Shown: piece after piece, positions 56,432 through 61,563 of the stretch
How positions within the stretch are numbered: the stretch's first letter is position 1
How the letters are laid out: each line of letters begins with the position of its first letter
The notes under the pieces: generated by a model
What the model was told of the DNA's origin: nothing
Databases searched by the model: none
Seen by the model: only the letters and a program-made list of their open reading frames with translations
IMG/VR virus record: IMGVR_UViG_3300041809_002848
Location: 1-61,563 of that record
DNA: 61,563 nt
Strand: one strand, 5' to 3'
DNA from: a virus
Taxonomy: Duplodnaviria; Caudoviricetes
Position numbers and translations under genes: made by a program

Positions 56432-56898
56432 GCGGCTTCGCGCGACCCTGCCGGGTCTGCGGCGCACGGGCGGCGCCAGGCAAGGACCGCTGCGAGCGCC
56501 ACGCTTCGGGCTCGGGTCGCCCCTCGAGCTGCCGCAGCTGTGGCGCACGCACCTCAGGGGCCGGCTACTGCCCGGCCTGCGCGGCGGCGCTCGAGGCGGA
56601 GCGGCTCGCGGCGCAGCCCTACCGCGCGAACTACGGCGCAAACGAGTACCTCACCAACCGCCGGCGGCGCTTCGAGCTCGCCGGCGGGCGGTGTGAGGTC
56701 TGCGGCCAGGCGCTCGACCCCAAGCACTTCGAGTGCCACCACGTCGTCGCCCTGGCCGACGGCGGCGACTCCTCGCTTGGCAACCTGCGCGTGACGCACG
56801 GACGACCATGTCACCAGGCACTCACGGCGGCGCAGCGCCGCCGGCGATCTTCAAGGAGGGGTTCTCGTGGCGACACCGGCACAGCTCATCACCCGTAA
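56428..56898 (+). CDS. Second HNH endonuclease
   Basis: Paralogue of 23384-23854. Confidence 0.8.
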   Translation: MSGFARPCRVCGARAAPGKDRCERHASGSGRPSSCRSCGARTSGAGYCPACAAALEAERLAAQPYRANYGANEYLTNRRRRFELAGGRCEVCGQALDPKHFECHHVVALADGGDSSLGNLRVTHGRPCHQALTAAQRRRRSSRRGSRGDTGTAHHP

Positions 56899-57625
56899 GA
56901 AGGCCATGCTCTCGTGGGGGGAGGCTGCCGGCCTTCCCGTCCCCGCCGGCTTCAACGCAAGCCTGGGCACCTTCGGCGGGCCGGCCGAGCGGTTCCTCAT
57001 GGAGATCCAGCGCACGCTCGGCGTGCCGGCCACCGGCATCTGGGGGCCGTCCGTACAGTCGGCCCTGTTTGCCCGAAGCTCGGGCGCCATCGGCACGCGC
57101 TACGAGCACGCCGTGCGCCGCTCGGGTACGCGCCCGCTGTCCGCCGTGAAGCTCTACGTGCTGCACGACATGGAGAACGCAAACGAGCTCAAGGCCGCCG
57201 AGCAGACCGGCTCGTTCTTCGAGTCGCGCTCAGCGACCGGCTCGGCGCACTTCGGCACCGACGACGACTCGATCGAGCAGTACCTGCCGCTCGAGGTCAT
57301 CCCCTGGGGCGCGCCGCACGCCAACGCAGACGGCATCCACATCGAGCAGATGGGCCTGGCTGCCTGGACTGGCGAGCAGTGGCTCACGCGGGGCGCCGGT
57401 ACGCTGCTAAACACCGCCTGGCTGCTGGCTCACCTCTACCGCCACGCCACGCCCCACGTGCCGCTGCGTGCGCTCTCCGACGCGCAGCTGCGCGCCGGTG
57501 ATGGCGGCGTCACCACACACCGCCAGATCACCCGTGTGCTGGGCGGAGGCACACACACCGACCCGGGGCCGGGCTATCCGCTGGGCTACGTCATCCGTCG
57601 GGCGCACGTCTTCGCCGGCATCTGA
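56867..57625 (+). CDS. Endolysin (Amidase_2)
   Basis: Paralogue of 23823-24581. Confidence 0.88.
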   Translation: MATPAQLITRKKAMLSWGEAAGLPVPAGFNASLGTFGGPAERFLMEIQRTLGVPATGIWGPSVQSALFARSSGAIGTRYEHAVRRSGTRPLSAVKLYVLHDMENANELKAAEQTGSFFESRSATGSAHFGTDDDSIEQYLPLEVIPWGAPHANADGIHIEQMGLAAWTGEQWLTRGAGTLLNTAWLLAHLYRHATPHVPLRALSDAQLRAGDGGVTTHRQITRVLGGGTHTDPGPGYPLGYVIRRAHVFAGI

Positions 57626-57638
57626 GAGGGAGGGCACA

Positions 57639-58412
57639 TTGATCTTCAAGACCGGCAAGCTGCCGAAAGTCACCGACGAGCGCACGCTGCAGCTCGCGCA
57701 CTATCTGCCCGCCGCAGCGTCACTGCCGGCGCCACCGCCGGCCGTGGACTACTCAGCCGCGGTCACGGCCTGGGGCATGATGGGCAACGACCGCGTCGGC
57801 GACTGCGCGCTGGCGGGCATGGGCCACGCCGACCTGCTCTGGGCCGCCAACGCCGAGCGTCGCCGGCTGCGCATCACCACGGCCATGGTGATCGCCGCCT
57901 ACTCCAAGGTGACCGGCTACGTGCCGGGCGACCCGAGCACCGACCGCGGCACCGCGCTACTGGACGCGCTGCGCTGGTGGCACAAGCAGGGCATCGCGGC
58001 CCAAACCATCCGCGCCTTCGTCGAGGTCGACCCGCACGACACGGAGAACGTGAAGCGCACCGTCGACTGGTTCGGCTGCGCCTACCTGGGCGTCGAACTG
58101 CCCGACGCCGTGCTGCCCACCTCGCCGAGCTCGCTGCCGGCGTGGACCTGCTCCCCGGACGGCACGCCGGCGCGCAAAGCGAACCCCCACAACGGCCACT
58201 GCGTCATCTACTGCGCCTACAACGCCGTCGGGCCGGTGGCCGTCACCTGGGGCACCACGGTGCAGTGCTCGTGGGCCTTCCACGAGGCCTACTGCGACGA
58301 GCTCTACGCCTTGCTGGCGCCGTCCTGGCTGCAGGCCGGCTGGCTTTCCCAGATCAATCCGCTGTTCGACGCAGCGACGCTGGCCGCCGATCTGCGTGCG
58401 ATCGCTGCCTAG
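57639..58412 (+). CDS. Papain-like cysteine peptidase
   Basis: Paralogue of 24595-25368; TTG start. Confidence 0.7.
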   Translation: MIFKTGKLPKVTDERTLQLAHYLPAAASLPAPPPAVDYSAAVTAWGMMGNDRVGDCALAGMGHADLLWAANAERRRLRITTAMVIAAYSKVTGYVPGDPSTDRGTALLDALRWWHKQGIAAQTIRAFVEVDPHDTENVKRTVDWFGCAYLGVELPDAVLPTSPSSLPAWTCSPDGTPARKANPHNGHCVIYCAYNAVGPVAVTWGTTVQCSWAFHEAYCDELYALLAPSWLQAGWLSQINPLFDAATLAADLRAIAA

Positions 58413-58425
58413 AGGAGGTCCCGAC

Positions 58426-58653
58426 GTGAAGAGGTTCCTGGCGAAATGGAAGCCCATGGTGCGCACCATGGCGACCGTCTTTGTGGCCGGCTGTCTGGCC
58501 TCTGCGGCGGTCAACCTGGTGCTGCCGCTCGACCTCTCGAGGCTCGAGGCCGTGGTCATCGCCGGCCTGGCGGCGGTGCTCACCTGGGCGGGCAACGCCC
58601 TCAACCCCAGCTACGGCGCCTACGGCCTGCGCTGGAGGCACCGCAAGCTCTGA
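58426..58653 (+). CDS. Holin
   Basis: 75 aa, two TM segments, GGAGG RBS; little similarity to the holin of A. Confidence 0.65.
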   Translation: MKRFLAKWKPMVRTMATVFVAGCLASAAVNLVLPLDLSRLEAVVIAGLAAVLTWAGNALNPSYGAYGLRWRHRKL

Positions 58654-58689
58654 GGGCGACGCCGCCGACTCACGACCGCCAAGCTCGGC

Positions 58690-58760
58690 TTGCACGGCCG
58701 CCGGGTCGTGGCATAGCATTCCGCACGTTACGTACGTTCTGGAGAACGTACGCAACGTGC
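58690..58760 (+). promoter_or_regulatory. Early promoter with 18-bp inverted-repeat operator
   Basis: TTGCAC-N18-TAGCAT, then GCACGTTACGTACGTTCT-GG-AGAACGTACGCAACGTGC (58723-58760). Confidence 0.7.
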
Positions 58761-58776
58761 ATCACGCAAGTCCGAG

Positions 58777-59097
58777 GTGGGGGTCAAGATGGTCGGAGCC
58801 GAGGAATTCATCGACCTAGTGAGAGGACTGATGACCATGAAAGAGGGTGGTCCTGCGGTACTGATGACGACCGGTGAGGCGGCGGCCCACCTGGCGGCCC
58901 GCTACGGGGCCATGACGGTACCCGCCTCGGTACGTTTCTGGTGTGACTCAGACGAGCTCGACTACGCCGTCGTGGGCGGCCGCTATGTGATCGGCGCCAA
59001 GGCCTTGGACGAGTTCTGGGAGAACCGCATCGAGCGGTGCTGGCGGCGCATCCAGGAGCTGCGCCGCTCAGAGGGGCGTGACGCCGGCGAGCCGTGA
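58777..59097 (+). CDS. MerR/excisionase-like HTH protein (B only)
   Basis: LMTTGEAAAHL...SVRFWC..GGRYVI; start uncertain. Confidence 0.65.
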   Translation: MGVKMVGAEEFIDLVRGLMTMKEGGPAVLMTTGEAAAHLAARYGAMTVPASVRFWCDSDELDYAVVGGRYVIGAKALDEFWENRIERCWRRIQELRRSEGRDAGEP

Positions 59098-59184
59098 TGG
59101 TGCCCGCCTATCCTCCCTGCCTGCGAGGAGGTGATGCCGCTGTCTGAACGTTGACCGGCAACACCGACAAGCAAGGAGGATCCC

Positions 59185-59358
59185 TTGCACTGCCCAAAAG
59201 AACGGCGGGCTCCCCTGGAAGAGACGCCCGCCATCCATCCACTTGCATGGACGTCGCACATCATGGGCCTGTTTGGCCCACTCGTCAACGTCGCTGGGCC
59301 ACTGACGGCCACTGCCCGCCACGGCGCGCCTGCCCGAGCTGAGGGGAGCCGGCGATGA
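59185..59358 (+). CDS. Leader ORF coupled to the next gene
   Basis: AAGGAGG RBS, TTG start, open for 57 codons, ATGA overlap at 59355. Confidence 0.4.
   Translation: MHCPKERRAPLEETPAIHPLAWTSHIMGLFGPLVNVAGPLTATARHGAPARAEGSRR
59195..59253 (-). ncRNA. Predicted antisense sRNA (two hairpins plus U-tract)
   Basis: Minus-strand TTGACG-N17-CATGAT promoter (59288-59260); GTCCAT-GCAA-GTGGAT hairpin, then GGCGGGC/GCCCGCC-GTTCTTTT terminator. Confidence 0.6.
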
Positions 59359-59627
59359 GCCGCGCCCGCGGTGGCGAGCCCGGCCTTCACCCGACGGACA
59401 GTCACAAGCCGCGCGAGGCTCGCATCGAGCCGGTCGACCTTTTGCACCTGCCCACCGTCTTGGACACCGCCGATCTCATGAACGTGCTGCGCGTCGGTGA
59501 GAACCGGGTGCGCCACCTGGTGGCCGGCGGTGCGCTGCGCCGCCTGCGCTACTCCCGCGAGATCAAGGTCTACCGCGGCGAGGTGCTGCGCTTCCTGCGC
59601 GAACAGACCGACGGCGAGGTGCTCTGA
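59355..59627 (+). CDS. Excisionase-like wHTH protein
   Basis: Paralogue of 26179-26409. Confidence 0.7.
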   Translation: MSRARGGEPGLHPTDSHKPREARIEPVDLLHLPTVLDTADLMNVLRVGENRVRHLVAGGALRRLRYSREIKVYRGEVLRFLREQTDGEVL

Positions 59628-60055
59628 TGGACGACTTTGCCCGCCAGGCCGCACACCGCCGCTCGCTGGCGGCGCGACGCCAGCGCAACCTGCTTGCCCC
59701 ACGCCAACCGCAGCGCCTCGCGCTGCGCTACCGCCTGCGCGACTGGGGCTGGGACGGCGAGGCACTCGAGGAGGAGGTCCTGCGCCAGCTCGGTCCGGTG
59801 ACGGCCGAGGAACGCGCCCTCGACGAGCGCATCGACCGCGAGAACGAGATCATGCGCCGCGCCCTGGCCGTACTCGGCCCCGATACCTTGGACGCCGAGC
59901 TGCGCCTGGTCGACTACCTCGAGGAGCACTTCAGAGGCGAGATCGAGGGCAGAGTGCTCATCCGCCACCTCTCCGACTCCCAGCTCGACTCACTCGAGCG
60001 TTGGGTGGTCGCACGCGAGGCGCGCACCCAAGGGAGGCGCCATGCAGACCTCTGA
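59627..60055 (+). CDS. Hypothetical phage protein
   Basis: Paralogue of 26406-26819. Confidence 0.7.
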   Translation: MDDFARQAAHRRSLAARRQRNLLAPRQPQRLALRYRLRDWGWDGEALEEEVLRQLGPVTAEERALDERIDRENEIMRRALAVLGPDTLDAELRLVDYLEEHFRGEIEGRVLIRHLSDSQLDSLERWVVAREARTQGRRHADL

Positions 60056-60752
60056 GTCGGTTACCGAGATCGCCGCAGCCCTTGCTGAGTTCAACGCAAG
60101 TGTCGCCAACCCGGTGGCCGACCAGCTCGCCCGAGTCAAGTCGAACCGCACGGGTAGCGAGTACACCTACCCCTACGCCGACCTGGGCGGCATCACCGAC
60201 GTCGTGCGGCCGGCCCTGGCGGCGGCGGGACTTTCGGTCTTCCAGGAGGTCGTCTGGGATGCGGCGCGCGCCTGGGTGGGGGCCGAGACCTGGGTCTGGC
60301 ATCGCAGTGGTGAGTGGCTGCGCTTCTCTGCGGTCTGGGTGCCGGTGCCCGACGAGGGCTCAGCCCAGGACATCGGCAAGGCGATCAGCTACAGCCGGCG
60401 TTACTCCTACCTGAGCTCGCTCGGCCTGGCGGCCCGCGAGGAGAGCGATGGGCCGGGCGGCAGCGCCTCAGGGGCGCAAAGCGTCACTCGCCAGCGCCGC
60501 TCACCGCGACCCGTGCCGGCTGCCGAGCCGCAGACCATCAACCGCGGGCAGTTCGAGGAGCTCATGCGTCGTGCCCGCGCCAAGGGGCGCACCGTCGGCG
60601 ATCTCGCCGAGCTCGCCATCGCCAAGGGCTTCTGCGAGCCGCTGCCCAAGATGCCGCCGACGCTGCTTGAGTACATCACCAACCGCCTCGAGGCGCTGCC
60701 CGACGTTGCAGGCGACGCCAAGCCAGCCGACTCCCCCGAGGTGGCGCCATGA
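60042..60752 (+). CDS. erf: ERF-family single-strand annealing protein
   Basis: YPYADL, QDIGKAISYSRRY. Confidence 0.9.
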   Translation: MQTSESVTEIAAALAEFNASVANPVADQLARVKSNRTGSEYTYPYADLGGITDVVRPALAAAGLSVFQEVVWDAARAWVGAETWVWHRSGEWLRFSAVWVPVPDEGSAQDIGKAISYSRRYSYLSSLGLAAREESDGPGGSASGAQSVTRQRRSPRPVPAAEPQTINRGQFEELMRRARAKGRTVGDLAELAIAKGFCEPLPKMPPTLLEYITNRLEALPDVAGDAKPADSPEVAP

Positions 60753-60976
60753 CGATCGACGGTGTATCAGTCATGGCGGTCGCCCTGAAGGACCTCAAGC
60801 ACTGGCGCGGACGACGGAGCTGGTTTTGCGTGCGGCCTCGAGGGCGCCACATGAGCTACGTGGCGATCGAGCGCGTCGAGCGCGCCGGCCGCTACCGCCG
60901 GCGTGTCCACCTCAGCGACGGTCTCTACTACGTGGTCGCACCCGAGCACGCCGTCTACGTGGAAGGCGCCTCATGA
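60749..60976 (+). CDS. Hypothetical protein
   Basis: ATGA-coupled on both sides. Confidence 0.55.
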   Translation: MTIDGVSVMAVALKDLKHWRGRRSWFCVRPRGRHMSYVAIERVERAGRYRRRVHLSDGLYYVVAPEHAVYVEGAS

Positions 60977-61326
60977 GCGCCCCCGCGCAGCTCGCCCTGC
61001 TCGACCAGCCCGCTTGCGAGCGTGAAGGGGACTCACGCGACCGCGACCCGCTCGGCCAGGCACTGAGCTGGCGCAAGGCCAACCCCGCCGGCTGGCAGTT
61101 GCTCGTCTCGTGGGCCTTGGCAGATGCGGCGAGCGACGGGCACTGTTCGATCGCCCTGTATGTCGAGCGCCTGCGCCACCCGGCCTATCGCCTTAACGCA
61201 GTCGATGACTGCCCATACCTCATCGACAACACGGCGCGGGCCGGATTGGTGAGGCTCCTGGTCAAGGAGAAGCCGCAACTTCGCGGCGCCTTCACCACGC
61301 GCGCAAGCCGGGCCGGTGAGCCGTGA
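60973..61326 (+). CDS. Hypothetical phage protein
   Basis: Paralogue of 27623-27961. Confidence 0.65.
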   Translation: MSAPAQLALLDQPACEREGDSRDRDPLGQALSWRKANPAGWQLLVSWALADAASDGHCSIALYVERLRHPAYRLNAVDDCPYLIDNTARAGLVRLLVKEKPQLRGAFTTRASRAGEP

Positions 61327-61563
61327 GCGAGCATCTCTACTGGCGGGTCTCGCCCAAGGTCTGGGACGAGCAGTGGAGCGACGATGCACGGCTGCTGTGG
61401 CTCTACCTGCTGACCAACCGCCATCGCCTGGCCGAGGGGCTCTACCGCCTGCCGCGCGGCTACATCGAAGCCGACCTGGGATGGTCTGCCAAACGGTTGG
61501 CCGAACCGTTCGCCGAACTGCTCGCCGACGGTTGCGTCAAATACGACGAAGCGGTCTCGGTGG
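61323..61563 (+). CDS. Replication initiator N-terminus (truncated by the window; different family from A)
   Basis: YWRVSPKVWD...ARLLWLYLLTN.H....GLYRLP..YI.ADLG wHTH. Confidence 0.7.
   Translation, partial: MSEHLYWRVSPKVWDEQWSDDARLLWLYLLTNRHRLAEGLYRLPRGYIEADLGWSAKRLAEPFAELLADGCVKYDEAVSV

Larger units (their letters stand above)
30116..61563 (+). mobile_element. Prophage B (related to A; truncated by the right edge)
   Basis: Starts at the tRNA half-site and integrase, then cargo, then a gene-for-gene paralogue of the prophage A module. Confidence 0.85.

Noticed and set aside
3246-61563. Assembly artefact or recent tandem duplication
   Set aside because: The copies differ at many synonymous sites, by indels and in cargo
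1-61563. CRISPR array, IS elements, rRNA
   Set aside because: No regularly spaced repeats, cas genes, transposase motifs or rRNA-like sequence seen

Overview
High-GC (Actinomycetota-like) DNA made up almost entirely of two related, co-oriented, apparently intact HK97-type siphoviral prophages in tandem. Prophage A runs from beyond the left edge to about 30116 and prophage B from about 30116 to beyond the right edge. They meet at a 5' half-copy of a tRNA(CAT) gene that abuts a tyrosine integrase. Both share the order cos-like site, Zn-finger, ParB-methyltransferase, TerS, HNH, TerL, portal, protease, capsid, tail genes (with a -1 frameshifted chaperone), lysis, Erf and replication, but they carry different cargo at equivalent slots. 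Cargo in A: a type IIG R-M gene with an in-frame TGA, an RsbW-PAS-GAF-SpoIIE fusion and a fluoride-riboswitch antiporter. Cargo in B: a DUF3467/HicB-like/HicA-like triad, a DeoR-GFA-DMT cluster, two integron-type gene cassettes with attC sites and a beta-propeller lipoprotein. Comparing the two copies by eye shows a regulatory layer not explained by the ORFs: no CI-like repressor, a LexA-type box or palindrome at the early promoter, a conserved two-hairpin antisense sRNA unit, eight copies of a CGGCGTGACG-N7-CANNNT promoter motif, and a strand-biased GCGCAAACG motif. All family calls come from motif recognition by eye; no database search was run.
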